Assembly (NCBI GenBank): GCA_041671485.1
Contig: JBAZBL010000006.1
Coordinates: 6,539-70,538 of the forward strand
Origin: Minisyncoccota bacterium
Lineage (GTDB): Bacteria; Patescibacteriota; Minisyncoccia; Phycocordibacterales; PALSA-1337
Direction: 5' to 3'
DNA length: 64,000 nt
Under the pieces are notes generated by a model. The model saw only the letters and a program-made list of their open reading frames with translations. It ran no database searches and was not told the origin of the DNA. Positions 1 to 10,882 of the stretch are shown one piece after another; the first letter of the stretch is position 1, and each line of letters begins with the position of its first letter. The position numbers were made by a program, and so were the translations under genes.

Positions 1-2
1 CC

Positions 3-182
3 CTAGACGGTCTATCACTTATCGGAATAAATGATATTGCACTCAAAGTACATGAAGAAGCAATAGAATACGATAAAATATTTAGAGAACTATCCATGAA
101 ATGTACTGCCGAATTGGCACTCCTGTCTATGGATGATATCAAAGAGAGGCATTCTCGATTTCTTGTACGAGAATTTGTTTGA
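3..182 (+). CDS. 3' end of a hypothetical protein (partial, runs off window start)
   Basis: Open frame from position 3 (LDGLSLIG...RFLVREFV) to TGA at 180-182, convergent with nusA. Confidence 0.5.
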   Translation, partial: LDGLSLIGINDIALKVHEEAIEYDKIFRELSMKCTAELALLSMDDIKERHSRFLVREFV

Positions 183-187
183 GTATC

Positions 188-1363
188 TTATTCTTTGACT
201 ATGTCTTTCTTGTCTGAATTCTCCGATTCTTCTGCCTCTGCTTCATCACCAAGGGCAGACTTGATATCTATTTTCCAACCAGTGAGTTTTGCAGCCAAGC
301 GTACATTTTGACCACCTTTGCCGATAGCTAGAGACTGTTCGTCTTCGGTAACTGTAACTATTGCCCTACGTTCTTCGTCTATGAGCTCCAAGGAGACTAC
401 CTCTGCAGGCGACAATGCTTCTTCGATAAATAAAGCTGGATCATCATTCCATTCGATAATATCTATCTTTTCGCCAGAAAGTTCGCTTGTGACAGTAGAT
501 ACTCTTACACCTCTTTGGCCTACTAGAGAGCCTATCGGATCGATATGTGGATCGTGAGAAACAACAGCTATTTTGGATCTAGAACCTGCTTCGCGAGCAA
601 TTGCTTTTATCTCAACCACGCCCTGTGCTATCTCTGGAGCTTCGGTTTCAAACAGTTTTGCCAAGAATTTGGGATGTGCTCGAGATAATTTCAAGACAAT
701 ACCTCTGGGGGATTCTTCTACAGCGTATAGGAATGCGCGGATACGGTCACCAGTCTTCCAGCGTTCTGTAGGTATTTGTTCATCATAAGATATGATGCCG
801 AGAGCGCGTCCCATATTTACGAAGACTGTACCACGTTCGACGCGCTCGACTATACCAGCAACAATCTCACCTTCCTTTTGTCCATATTCACTCATTACAG
901 ATACTTTTTCGGCTTCACGAATCTTTTGGATTATGACTTGTTTTGCAGTTTGTGCGGCAATACGGCCAAAATCTGCTTTGACTTCGAGAGGAAATACCAA
1001 TTCATCATTGATCTTTGCATCCTTCTTTATTTTTCTTGCATCTTCCAAGAGCATATGTTGTTCAGGATTGAAACGGATCTTTATATCTTCTACTTTAGTA
1101 TCTTTCAATTCATGATGTCCCATCTCTTCATCTCCTTCCATTATTACTTGATCTCTTTCAACTACGATCTTTACTTGCCAGAATTCTACAGTACCAGAAT
1201 TTGGATCAAATGAAGCGCGTATGATCTGTCCCTTTTTGCCATATTCTTTCTTGTATGCAGTTGCAAGAGACATGGCTATTGCTTCCAATGTTTTTTCACG
1301 CGGAATACCACGCTCTTCTTCGAGTTGCTCTACCACCGAATTGATCACTTTTAGGTCAAACAT
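188..1363 (-). CDS. nusA: Transcription termination/antitermination factor NusA
   Basis: FGRIAAQTAKQVIIQKIREAE, S1 domain, KH motifs (AREAGSRSKIAV, LAIGKGGQNVRLAAKLTGWKIDI). Confidence 0.98.
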   Translation of the reverse strand: MFDLKVINSVVEQLEEERGIPREKTLEAIAMSLATAYKKEYGKKGQIIRASFDPNSGTVEFWQVKIVVERDQVIMEGDEEMGHHELKDTKVEDIKIRFNPEQHMLLEDARKIKKDAKINDELVFPLEVKADFGRIAAQTAKQVIIQKIREAEKVSVMSEYGQKEGEIVAGIVERVERGTVFVNMGRALGIISYDEQIPTERWKTGDRIRAFLYAVEESPRGIVLKLSRAHPKFLAKLFETEAPEIAQGVVEIKAIAREAGSRSKIAVVSHDPHIDPIGSLVGQRGVRVSTVTSELSGEKIDIIEWNDDPALFIEEALSPAEVVSLELIDEERRAIVTVTEDEQSLAIGKGGQNVRLAAKLTGWKIDIKSALGDEAEAEESENSDKKDIVKE

Positions 1364-1399
1364 GATATTTGATTGTTATTTTATTGTTATTAAGTTTTT

Positions 1400-1449
1400 C
1401 GAACTTGTTTACGAGGTCCGACCCCGTAAGTTTTTAACAAACAAGTTCG
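1400..1449. repeat. REP-like hairpin (ACGAGG-TCCGA-CC subfamily) with an outer inverted repeat
   Basis: ttacgaggtccgaccccgtaa 1409-1429, with outer arms cgaacttgttt / aaacaagttcg. Confidence 0.7.
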
Positions 1450-1591
1450 CCGACTGGCGAACCCATATACAAATACAAGTATAGGGTATTTGAGAGATTC
1501 TGTCAAATCTCTATAAATATTTCAACAGGGCTTGTTATAGTAATACGTAATACACAAGCGTTTCCGCCTATTGTCTGCTAAAATAGTATCA

Positions 1592-3343
1592 ATGTTTGTC
1601 GAAGATACTCAACTTTATAAATTTATTCTCGATTCTGGTCTTGTCTCAAAGGAAGATCTCGATTTGGCCAAGAAAGAATCCGAGGAAAAGAACAAACACC
1701 TAGGTGATATTTTGGTTGCCCAAGGCAAGATTGGTGCTGACAACTTGCGACGTATGCAAGCATATACTCTAGGCATTCCTTTTGTTGATCTCAAAGATAA
1801 GAAAATTCCTTTTGATACACTTTCCCTCATACCAGAGCCAATAGCAAGAACGCACAATATAGTTGCTTTCAAAAAAACAGATACATCCCTAGAAGTGGCA
1901 ATGCTCGATGTCAATGATCTTTCTGCAATTGACTTTATAAAGAAAAAGGTTCGCCTCAAGATATTGGCTCGACTTACGGACTCTGATTCGATCAAAGAAG
2001 CTCTTGTTCAATATCAAAAGAGTTTGAAAGCGGAATTTGGAGATATTATACAAAAGGAAACAGAATCACTTCAGATGATATCAGAAAATAAAGGGAAAGA
2101 TGCTTCTTCACCTGAAGATCTGAAGAAAATAGCAGAGGATTTGCCGGTAGTTCGTATAGTAGATACTCTCATCAAGCATGCAATAATACAAAATGCTTCT
2201 GATATCCACATAGAGTCAATGGAAGAACAAGTACTTGTTCGATATAGGATAGACGGACTTTTGCATGATGCCATGATGCTTCCCAAGCAGGCAGGTCCAT
2301 CTATAACTGCACGTATCAAGGTGCTTTCAAACTTGAAACTCGATGAAAAGCGTTTACCACAAGATGGACGTTTCAAAGTTGATATGAATAAAGAGAAAGT
2401 ATCATTTCGTGTTTCTATATTGCCTACATATTATGGAGAAAAGACTGTTATGCGCTTATTGCGTGATAATATATCTGGTTTTACATTGGAATCTCTAAAT
2501 TTCCACGGAGAAGGATTGGATAGGATTCATAAAGCACTAAAGAATACAACAGGTATGATATTGACTACTGGACCAACCGGCTCTGGCAAGACCACAACTT
2601 TGTATACAATGTTGGACATATTGAATACAATAGATGTCAATATTTCTACGATAGAAGACCCTATAGAATACCAATTGGCAAGGATCAATCAGACACAGGT
2701 TCGTCCAGAAATAGGATTTTCATTTGCTCAAGGTATCCGTACTCTAGTCCGACAAGATCCAGATATAATAATGGTTGGTGAAATAAGAGACAATGAAACT
2801 GCCGCTCTCGCAGTCAATGCTTCACTTACAGGACACCTTGTCCTTTCTACATTACATACAAATTCTGCCGCAGGCGCTATACCTCGTTTGCTCGATATGA
2901 AAGTAGAGCCATTTCTCCTTGTTTCTACACTCGATATTGTTATTGGTCAACGTCTCGTACGCAGACTCACTGATACAAAAGAAAAATACAAATTATCAAA
3001 GGCTGAATTTGCACAATTGGAAAAGATAATTGATAAAGATCATGTTCTTTCTACATTGAAGGAAGACAAAATAATCAAACCAAGCGATTCTTGGGATGAT
3101 ATTCCTTTCTGGAGGGCAGTACCAGCCGGAGATGATGATGGTTTCAAGACCCGCGTTGGTATACATGAAGTTCTCCAGATGACACAAACTATCAAAGATC
3201 TCATAATGAAAAATGCAACAGCAAATGATATAGAAATACAAGCCAAGAAAGAAGGAATGTTGACTATGCTCGAAGACGGTATTTACAAATGCGTTGCAGG
3301 TATGACGACCATAGAAGAAGTATTGAGAGTTGTGACTGAATAA
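1592..3343 (+). CDS. pilB: Type IV pilus assembly ATPase PilB/GspE (copy 1)
   Basis: ASDIHIE, RLPQDGRF, Walker A GPTGSGKTTT, RQDPDIIMVGEIRD, LSTLHTN; ATG at 1592 preferred over TTG at 1571. Confidence 0.95.
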   Translation: MFVEDTQLYKFILDSGLVSKEDLDLAKKESEEKNKHLGDILVAQGKIGADNLRRMQAYTLGIPFVDLKDKKIPFDTLSLIPEPIARTHNIVAFKKTDTSLEVAMLDVNDLSAIDFIKKKVRLKILARLTDSDSIKEALVQYQKSLKAEFGDIIQKETESLQMISENKGKDASSPEDLKKIAEDLPVVRIVDTLIKHAIIQNASDIHIESMEEQVLVRYRIDGLLHDAMMLPKQAGPSITARIKVLSNLKLDEKRLPQDGRFKVDMNKEKVSFRVSILPTYYGEKTVMRLLRDNISGFTLESLNFHGEGLDRIHKALKNTTGMILTTGPTGSGKTTTLYTMLDILNTIDVNISTIEDPIEYQLARINQTQVRPEIGFSFAQGIRTLVRQDPDIIMVGEIRDNETAALAVNASLTGHLVLSTLHTNSAAGAIPRLLDMKVEPFLLVSTLDIVIGQRLVRRLTDTKEKYKLSKAEFAQLEKIIDKDHVLSTLKEDKIIKPSDSWDDIPFWRAVPAGDDDGFKTRVGIHEVLQMTQTIKDLIMKNATANDIEIQAKKEGMLTMLEDGIYKCVAGMTTIEEVLRVVTE

Positions 3344-3392
3344 TCTCAAATTTAAAGCTAATCCGCCGATAGGCAAATCAAATCTTATAAAT

Positions 3393-4613
3393 ATGGCACA
3401 CTTTGTATTCAAAGCAAAAAAAAGAGATGGTGAAATATATGAAGGTGAGCAAAATGCCACTGATCGATTTGAACTTTATAAACTCATACGAGAAGATGGC
3501 GGAGAGATAATATCTGTAAAAGAAAAAGGAGAAAAAGGCCGTATAATCAAAAACCTTTCAGCAATAAAATTATTTAATAGGGTAAAGACTATTGAAAAGA
3601 TCAATTTTGCACGGAATCTTGGTTCAATGCTCGAAGCGGGCCTTGCTCTATCTAGAGCCATATCTGTTTTGGAAAGACAGACAAACAATAAATTCTTTTC
3701 AAAAATAATCAATAACGTCAATACAGAGATCCGTAAAGGCACAACTTTTTCGGATTCATTGGCAAAACATCCAAAAGTATTTTCTCAATTGTTTATTTCG
3801 ATGGTTCATGCAGGAGAACAGTCTGGAACATTGGCAGAATCATTGAAAGTGGTATCTATACAGATGAACAATTCTTATACTCTCGAAAGGAGAGTGAGAG
3901 GTGCTCTCATCTATCCATCAATAATAGTTTTCATAATGGTTCTCATCGCTATCCTCATGTTTTTATTTGTTGTGCCAACACTTTTGAAAACATTTACAGA
4001 AATGAATGTCACATTACCTCTAACAACAAGGATTGTACTTGGTATAAGTGAAGCTTTTCAGAATTATGGCTTATTGATTCTCATTGCTTTCTTGGCCATA
4101 TCAGGCGGGCTTTATTGGTTTTCAAAACAATATATAGGCAAAAAGATTATACATTTGGGAATATTGAAAATACCAATCATTGGTTCTCTAGTGCAGGAGG
4201 TAAATGCGGCGCGTACAGCAAGAACATTGTCATCACTTCTAAAGGCCGGTGTTCCAGTCGTAGAATCAGTAAGTATCACTTCGGAAGTTGTGCAAAATAT
4301 ATATTTCAAAGCAGTTTTATGCAAAGCAGAAGAAACAATAAAAAAAGGTGAATTGATGTCACAAATATTCAATGAAAATTCAAAACTTTATCCTGTATTT
4401 ATGGCTGAAATGATGAGCGTTGGTGAAGAGACAGGACAGATTGCAGAGACTCTCATGAATGTAGCAACATATTATGAAAATGATGTTGAACAAAAAACAA
4501 AAGATATGTCTACGATTATCGAACCAGTACTCATGGTTATCATTGCAAGTGCGGTAGGATTCTTCGCAATATCTATGATATCTCCAATGTATTCATTGGT
4601 AGATGCAATATAA
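3393..4613 (+). CDS. pilC: Type IV pilus platform protein PilC/GspF (copy 1)
   Basis: Two GspF repeats (AGEQSGTL, VGEETG, IEPVLM), ALIYP motif. Confidence 0.95.
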   Translation: MAHFVFKAKKRDGEIYEGEQNATDRFELYKLIREDGGEIISVKEKGEKGRIIKNLSAIKLFNRVKTIEKINFARNLGSMLEAGLALSRAISVLERQTNNKFFSKIINNVNTEIRKGTTFSDSLAKHPKVFSQLFISMVHAGEQSGTLAESLKVVSIQMNNSYTLERRVRGALIYPSIIVFIMVLIAILMFLFVVPTLLKTFTEMNVTLPLTTRIVLGISEAFQNYGLLILIAFLAISGGLYWFSKQYIGKKIIHLGILKIPIIGSLVQEVNAARTARTLSSLLKAGVPVVESVSITSEVVQNIYFKAVLCKAEETIKKGELMSQIFNENSKLYPVFMAEMMSVGEETGQIAETLMNVATYYENDVEQKTKDMSTIIEPVLMVIIASAVGFFAISMISPMYSLVDAI

Positions 4614-6385
4614 TGAAAAAAGGATTTACTCTAGTTGAAGTGCTCGTCGGTTCTGCTGTTTTTGTGGTAGTAGCTATAGCGGCATATGGTGCTTATGCTG
4701 GCGTATTCAAACTAGCAAATCTAAATCAGATGAAAGTTATTGCTGTGCAACTAGCCAATGAACAGTTTGAAATTGCAAGGAATATGACATATGACGATAT
4801 TGGTATAGTGAACGGTATACCAAATGGCACTTTACAGGGTACACAAACACTTACAAGAGCTGGAATGACATTTACTGTTACTAAGATTGTGCGCAATATT
4901 GATTTGCCTACTGACGGACTCATAGGTGGTACACCAAATGATCTTACGCCAGCTGATAATAAATTGATGCAAATAACTGTATCCTGTGCATCCTGCCAGA
5001 ATTTTGGACCCATAGTTTTGTCTGGTCAGATTGCACCAAAAAATGTTGAAGCAGTTTCTACAAATGGTTCCTTGAGAATACAAGTTCTCGATGCAAGTGG
5101 AAATGGAGTTCCTAGTGCAACAGTACGTATAGAATATACAGCTACAACAAGCCCTGTAATAATAAATGATACAACAGATAATAGTGGAATATTGCAGATC
5201 ATAGACATTCCACCCGCTACAGCGGCCTACAATATATATATATCCAAATCAGGATATTCTAGTGATCGTACTTATGCACCTACTCCTCAAAATCCAAATC
5301 CAGACAAACCACCAGCTACGGTTGCTGCACAACAGTTGACTCAAATAAGTTTTGTTATTGATGAATTGAGCAAGCTTTCTTTCAGTAGTGTTACACCATC
5401 ATGTGAAATTGTTCCAAATTTTGATTTTAGTCTAAAGGGTGACAGATTGATAGGTCAAGAATTATCAAGATATTATGTCAATGTTTCAACTAATTCTTCT
5501 GGTATATTAAATATGGATCCTATAGAATGGGATTCCTATACAGTTACACCCAACGATGGTGCTTATGATCTTGCTGGTATCAATCCACTAAATCCTATAA
5601 GTTTAAACCCTGGTAGTACTCAATCAGTGCAATTGATAGCAATTCCTCAAAATACCAATAGTTTACTCTTTACGATCAAGGATAGTTCTACTGACCTACC
5701 ACTATCTGGTGTACTTGTTAAATTATATAGATCTGGGTCTTTGATAGGATCCAAAACTACTGGACAGGGTCATTTGGATCAAGCTGATTGGTCAGGTGGT
5801 GGAGGGCAGGTAGGATTTGTTGATTCAACAAAATATTGGAGTACAGATGGCAATATTGATACTTCATCTGGAGGAAATATTCTCTTGAGAAAAATATTTG
5901 AAAATTATAGTTCAAATGGAATGCTAGAATCATCTACTTTCAATACTGGTACATCTAGTAATTTCTACAATATATCTTGGAGTCCTGGTATACAACCATT
6001 AGTTACTGGACAGGATAGCGCGCGCTTGCAATTTGCTACAAGTCCATCTTCTACACCAGCAATATGGAATTTCTTTGGTCCAGATGGTACAGCGACAACT
6101 TATTATGTAAGTCCAGAATCACCAATCAACAATATACATAGTGGTGATCAATATGCACGTTATCGTGTATATCTTTCAACTATTACAGCGACATCAACAC
6201 CAAATATATCAAATATTTCTTTTACATATACATCCGATTGTATACCTCCTGGACAGGTCATATTTTCGGGTCTATCTAGTGGTACATATACAATAGAAGT
6301 ATCAAAAAGTGGATACTCTACATATTCGAGAGAAATATATCTGGAAAGTTCATGGCAAGAAGAGCAAGTCCTTCTTGGACCATAA
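4613..6385 (+). CDS. Large minor pilin with beta-sandwich (carboxypeptidase-regulatory-like) domains
   Basis: Prepilin motif KKGFTLVEVLV followed by a hydrophobic helix; S/T-rich beta repeats (YNIYISKSGY, YTIEVSKSGY). Confidence 0.8.
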   Translation: MKKGFTLVEVLVGSAVFVVVAIAAYGAYAGVFKLANLNQMKVIAVQLANEQFEIARNMTYDDIGIVNGIPNGTLQGTQTLTRAGMTFTVTKIVRNIDLPTDGLIGGTPNDLTPADNKLMQITVSCASCQNFGPIVLSGQIAPKNVEAVSTNGSLRIQVLDASGNGVPSATVRIEYTATTSPVIINDTTDNSGILQIIDIPPATAAYNIYISKSGYSSDRTYAPTPQNPNPDKPPATVAAQQLTQISFVIDELSKLSFSSVTPSCEIVPNFDFSLKGDRLIGQELSRYYVNVSTNSSGILNMDPIEWDSYTVTPNDGAYDLAGINPLNPISLNPGSTQSVQLIAIPQNTNSLLFTIKDSSTDLPLSGVLVKLYRSGSLIGSKTTGQGHLDQADWSGGGGQVGFVDSTKYWSTDGNIDTSSGGNILLRKIFENYSSNGMLESSTFNTGTSSNFYNISWSPGIQPLVTGQDSARLQFATSPSSTPAIWNFFGPDGTATTYYVSPESPINNIHSGDQYARYRVYLSTITATSTPNISNISFTYTSDCIPPGQVIFSGLSSGTYTIEVSKSGYSTYSREIYLESSWQEEQVLLGP

Positions 6386-6394
6386 TATAAAAAA

Positions 6395-7024
6395 ATGAAG
6401 TATAAACAATATTATAATAAAAATTATGGCATGACTCTTGTAGAAGTATTGGTTGCTCTTGCTATATTTGTAGTTATTATGGGTGCAGTTATTACATTTC
6501 AGATAAATGTATTTTCATATGAACGTACTGCTTCTGGATCTTTCATAACTGTTCAAGATGCACAAACTATATTGAAAGTTATGGGTAAAGAATTGCGTAT
6601 GGCTTCACAAGGAGGTGATGGTTCATATGCCATACAGGGAGCGAGCACAAGCACTGTTACTTTCTTTGCTGATATCAATAATGATAATAAAAAAGAAAAA
6701 GTTAAGTATTATTTTTCGAAAAGTACTTCATCTATACTAAAGACGACTACTTTACCAACAGGAAGTCCTGCGACATATAGTAATATAAACACTTCTACGA
6801 CTACTATTATGGTGAATGTTCGTAATGCTACATCAACACCAATGTTTGAATATTTCGATTCAGACTATAATGGTAGTGGAATAGCTTTGACACAACCAGT
6901 TGTAAATACTTCAATACGTTTGATCAGGGTCAATATTACATTGGATACAGATCCAAATAAACTACCAGAACCGAGAACATATTCAACACAAATAACACTC
7001 CGTAATCTAAAAGATAATTTATGA
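6395..7024 (+). CDS. Minor pilin PilW/PulJ-like
   Basis: GMTLVEVLVALAIF prepilin motif, KELRMA, C-terminal ITLRN. Confidence 0.8.
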   Translation: MKYKQYYNKNYGMTLVEVLVALAIFVVIMGAVITFQINVFSYERTASGSFITVQDAQTILKVMGKELRMASQGGDGSYAIQGASTSTVTFFADINNDNKKEKVKYYFSKSTSSILKTTTLPTGSPATYSNINTSTTTIMVNVRNATSTPMFEYFDSDYNGSGIALTQPVVNTSIRLIRVNITLDTDPNKLPEPRTYSTQITLRNLKDNL

Positions 7025-8457
7025 TTAGAATATATAATAAAGGAGATATTCTCGTTTCGGTTTTAGTCTTTTCTGCTATAGCAATTACTATCACTATAGG
7101 ACTTGTAAATTGGGGTTCTATATTATTGAAAAGTGTTCGTACTTTGGCAGATAAAGGACAAGCATTACAAATTGCCGAGGCCGGAATTGATTATTATCGA
7201 TGGCATCTAGCTCATATGCCAGAAGATTTCATGGATGGTACAGGACAAACTGGACCATATATTCATGAATTCAAAGATAAAGATGGCAATCTAATAGGTA
7301 CATATACTCTTACTATAACTCCTCCATCAATCGGTTCAACTGTTGTAACTATTGTCTCCAAAGGAGCGCTCAATTCAAATCCGAATATTACAAGAAGTAT
7401 CAAAGCTATATTGGCAATACCTTCTTGGGCTCAATATGCTAGTGTAGCAAATGATAATATGCGTTTTGGTTCTGGCACAGTAATTTATGGACCAGTACAT
7501 TCGAATAAAGGTATTCATTTCGATGGTATAACATATGGATTGATGTCGAGTGCTCTCACAACATATGTAGATCCCGATTATGGAGCCAATCGTTGGGCCG
7601 TTTATACGCTTACTAGTCCTTCTGATCCAAACCCTCCAACACCACTACCTTTGAAACCAAATATATTTACTGCAGGCCGTAAAATATCTGTACCAGCCGT
7701 TGATTTTACTGGGCTTACTGCCAATCTGGCTCAATTGAGAACTTTGGCCCAATCAAATGGTATTTATTTGAGTCAATCTCAATACAAAGGGAAATCAGCG
7801 CTAGGTTATCATATTACACTCAAAACCAATGATACTTTCGATGTTCGTGTAGTAACTGCTATAAATAATCCACCAAACAGTAGTTGTTGGAATCTTCTCA
7901 ATCAAAATCAGTGGAGTACATGGAGTATCAAAACCGAGCAATCAGCAGTCAACTATCCAATACCTACAAATGGTATTATCTTTGTGGAAGATAATGTTTG
8001 GGTAGACGGACAGATAAATACTGCAAGATTGACCATAGCAGCTGGGAAATTGCCAGATCCAGGAGCATCAAAATGGTCTAATATCATAATTAATAATGAT
8101 ATTTTGTATACAAATCATGATGGTAATGATGTGATCGGTCTTATTGCTCAAGGAGATGTAAATATCGGTCTTTCTAGTGCAAATAGTCTCGATATTGACG
8201 CAGCTCTTGTTGCACAAAATGGTCGTGTAGGGAGGAATTATTATTCATATTATTGCGGTTCTTCTTATATTCGATCAGATATAAATCTGTATGGCATGAT
8301 CGCTACAAATCAGCGATATGGTTTTGCATATACAGACGATACTGGTTATCGTGATAGGAATATATCTTATGATCCAAATCTCCTATATAGTCCACCACCG
8401 TCATTTCCACTCACATCGAGCTATTATTCTACATTATCTTGGCAAGAAATTAACTAG
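7021..8457 (+). CDS. PilX/PulK-like minor pilin
   Basis: KGDILVSVLVF (no E5), QALQIAEAGIDY motif, C-terminal WQEI. Confidence 0.75.
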   Translation: MIRIYNKGDILVSVLVFSAIAITITIGLVNWGSILLKSVRTLADKGQALQIAEAGIDYYRWHLAHMPEDFMDGTGQTGPYIHEFKDKDGNLIGTYTLTITPPSIGSTVVTIVSKGALNSNPNITRSIKAILAIPSWAQYASVANDNMRFGSGTVIYGPVHSNKGIHFDGITYGLMSSALTTYVDPDYGANRWAVYTLTSPSDPNPPTPLPLKPNIFTAGRKISVPAVDFTGLTANLAQLRTLAQSNGIYLSQSQYKGKSALGYHITLKTNDTFDVRVVTAINNPPNSSCWNLLNQNQWSTWSIKTEQSAVNYPIPTNGIIFVEDNVWVDGQINTARLTIAAGKLPDPGASKWSNIIINNDILYTNHDGNDVIGLIAQGDVNIGLSSANSLDIDAALVAQNGRVGRNYYSYYCGSSYIRSDINLYGMIATNQRYGFAYTDDTGYRDRNISYDPNLLYSPPPSFPLTSSYYSTLSWQEIN

Positions 8458-8503
8458 CTTATTGCTAACTGACGATATATTGTGATTATGCTAAAATGTC
8501 CCT

Positions 8504-9268
8504 ATGAGTAAAAAGCTTATAGTAGGCAATTGGAAGATGAATCCAGGAACATTGGTTGAGGCAAAGAAAATAGCTGGGAAGATAAAAAGAATATCCAAAA
8601 GACTTCAGAATTCAGAAGTAATCATATGTCCACCACTTCCTTTTATTACAAGTTGTGTTTCCAAGAAGAATACAAATAATTTTCATGTTGGTGTTCAGAC
8701 AGTATCTATAGAAAAGGAAGTTGGTCCATTTACTGGGGAAGTGAATGCAAAGATGATGAATAGTATAGGTGCAGAGTATGTAATAGTTGGACATTCTGAA
8801 GAAAGGAAGAGGGGCGATAGCAATGAAATAGTCTCAAAGAAATTGATAAATACTTTGGATGCTGGATTGATATCCATCGTCTGCATAGGAGAAAAAGTCC
8901 GTGACGAAGGAGGTTTATATCTAGAAGAATTAAAAAATCAAATAAAAGAAAGTATTGCAAATATACCAAAGAAATTTGCTAAAGATATAATTATTGCTTA
9001 TGAGCCAATATGGGCAACTGGAGCACAAGAGTCAATGGTGCCTGAACAAATATTTGAAATGTCACTTTTTGCAAAAAAGGCCTTTTCAGATATTTTTGGT
9101 GCCGAAAACGGTCTCAAAGTAAAAGTTTTGTATGGTGGGGCAGTGAACTTCCGGAATGCAGTAGATATCATAAATATAGGCAAGGTAAATGGACTTCTCA
9201 TAGGTCGTGAAAGCGTCAATACTCCAGGATTTATAGAGCTTATTAAGGCGGTGGATAAAATTGCATGA
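8504..9268 (+). CDS. tpiA: Triosephosphate isomerase
   Basis: GNWKMN, GPFTGEV, GHSE, AYEPIWA, LYGG. Confidence 0.97.
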   Translation: MSKKLIVGNWKMNPGTLVEAKKIAGKIKRISKRLQNSEVIICPPLPFITSCVSKKNTNNFHVGVQTVSIEKEVGPFTGEVNAKMMNSIGAEYVIVGHSEERKRGDSNEIVSKKLINTLDAGLISIVCIGEKVRDEGGLYLEELKNQIKESIANIPKKFAKDIIIAYEPIWATGAQESMVPEQIFEMSLFAKKAFSDIFGAENGLKVKVLYGGAVNFRNAVDIINIGKVNGLLIGRESVNTPGFIELIKAVDKIA

Positions 9269-10398
9269 AATTTATCAAAGAAATTGAACACCTAGAAGGT
9301 GTGAAAGTACTTGTCCGCGTTGACTTCAATGTACCAATAAAAAATGGCATTGTTACAGAAGATCTACGTATCCGATCTGCATTAGGAACGATAGACTTTC
9401 TCACTTCAAAGGGTGCAAAAGTTATCCTCATCAGTCATATTGAAGTTTTGGATGGAGAAGATAATTCTCTAAAACCCATTGCAGAACGTCTCATTGATCT
9501 AGGAGAAAAAGTTGATTTTATACCAAATATTCGTGAAGCATATGACTTTATAGAAAATCATATGAAAAATGGTGAATGTATTCTCTTGGAAAATCTCCGT
9601 AAATTTGATGGTGAAAAGACAAATGAAGAGAAGTTTGCAAAAGAATTGGCGTCTCTAGGTGACATATTTGTAAATGAGGCCTTCCCAGCATGTCACAGAG
9701 AGCATGCTTCTATAGTTAGTGTGCCAAAATATTTACCAAGTTATGCAGGCCTACAGCTCGAAAAGGAAATTGCCAATCTATCACTCGCTTTCAATCCAGC
9801 ACATCCATTCCTTTTCATATTGGGAGGTGCAAAATTTGAGACAAAATTATCACTATTAGAAAGATTCATTACAGTTGCCGACAAAATATTTATAGGGGGT
9901 GCTTTGGCAAATGATTTCTTCAAAGCAAAGGGGTATGAGATAGGGCATTCTGTTGTATCAAAGGGTAATTTTGACTTATCTCCTTTTATAGGCAATACAA
10001 AGATAATGATTCCTACAGACGTAATGACAGAAAAAGGCGAGTATAAAGCATTAGATGGATTGGATAAGGATGATAAGATCGTAGATATTGGCCCAAAAAC
10101 TTTGGCTCTTTTGGAAGCAGAAGTAAATATAGCCAAATTTGTTTTGTGGAATGGTCCACTTGGTATATATGAAAAAGGATTTGATGGACCATCTATAGAA
10201 TTGGCAAAGACAATGGCAAATTTATCTTCTTCTGGTGCTACATCAATAGTAGGTGGAGGTGATACTATTGCTACGATAGAATCTCAAAATATTCAAGATA
10301 AATTTACTTTTCTTTCAACTGGAGGTGGTGCAATGCTTGAATTTTTGGCAAAGGGGAGTTTGCCTGGGATTGATGCTTTGAATAATTCAGATAAATAA
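9265..10398 (+). CDS. pgk: Phosphoglycerate kinase
   Basis: RVDFNVP, LLENLR, ILGGAK, WNGPLG, GGGDT, STGGGAMLEFL. Confidence 0.98.
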   Translation: MKFIKEIEHLEGVKVLVRVDFNVPIKNGIVTEDLRIRSALGTIDFLTSKGAKVILISHIEVLDGEDNSLKPIAERLIDLGEKVDFIPNIREAYDFIENHMKNGECILLENLRKFDGEKTNEEKFAKELASLGDIFVNEAFPACHREHASIVSVPKYLPSYAGLQLEKEIANLSLAFNPAHPFLFILGGAKFETKLSLLERFITVADKIFIGGALANDFFKAKGYEIGHSVVSKGNFDLSPFIGNTKIMIPTDVMTEKGEYKALDGLDKDDKIVDIGPKTLALLEAEVNIAKFVLWNGPLGIYEKGFDGPSIELAKTMANLSSSGATSIVGGGDTIATIESQNIQDKFTFLSTGGGAMLEFLAKGSLPGIDALNNSDK

Positions 10399-10419
10399 AT
10401 TTTTTGAGAGACAGAGACT

Positions 10420-10806
10420 TTATTTTTCTATATTTTTGGAGATTTTTTCTTTATTGCCAATAAAGTCTTTTGCATCGCCATTTATTTCTTTGTTTGGGAA
10501 TACCCATATATGAGCATGAGGTATTTCATCCCCAACTATTTTGCTAAGTATCCAGTCTGTATCAAATGCTTTCATTTGGGCTTTGGCGATTTTCTGTGCT
10601 ACCCCAAAGTATTCTCCTATATTTGGTGAATTACTATTATCACTCGGTATATCCCAAACCCAACGATAATGTTTTTTTGGTATTACTTGGGTATGACCTG
10701 GCGTATGTGGATTGATATCCAAAAATGCAATATAATTTTCATCTTCATAGACAATATGAGCAGGAATTTCTTTATTGGCAATTTTACAGAAAATGCAGTC
10801 TTCCAT
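10420..10806 (-). CDS. HIT family hydrolase
   Basis: DCIFCKI, FLDINP, PGHT, HAHIW (HxHxW variant of the histidine triad). Confidence 0.9.
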   Translation of the reverse strand: MEDCIFCKIANKEIPAHIVYEDENYIAFLDINPHTPGHTQVIPKKHYRWVWDIPSDNSNSPNIGEYFGVAQKIAKAQMKAFDTDWILSKIVGDEIPHAHIWVFPNKEINGDAKDFIGNKEKISKNIEK

Positions 10807-10830
10807 ACATAAATGATAACATTTTGTCGT

Positions 10831-10860
10831 TAAATTACGAGGTCCGACCTAGTAGTTTAC
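10831..10860. repeat. REP-like hairpin (TCCGA loop subfamily)
   Basis: taaattacgaggtccgacctagtagttta. Confidence 0.65.
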
Positions 10861-10882
10861 TCTCTATGGTATACTCACTTTT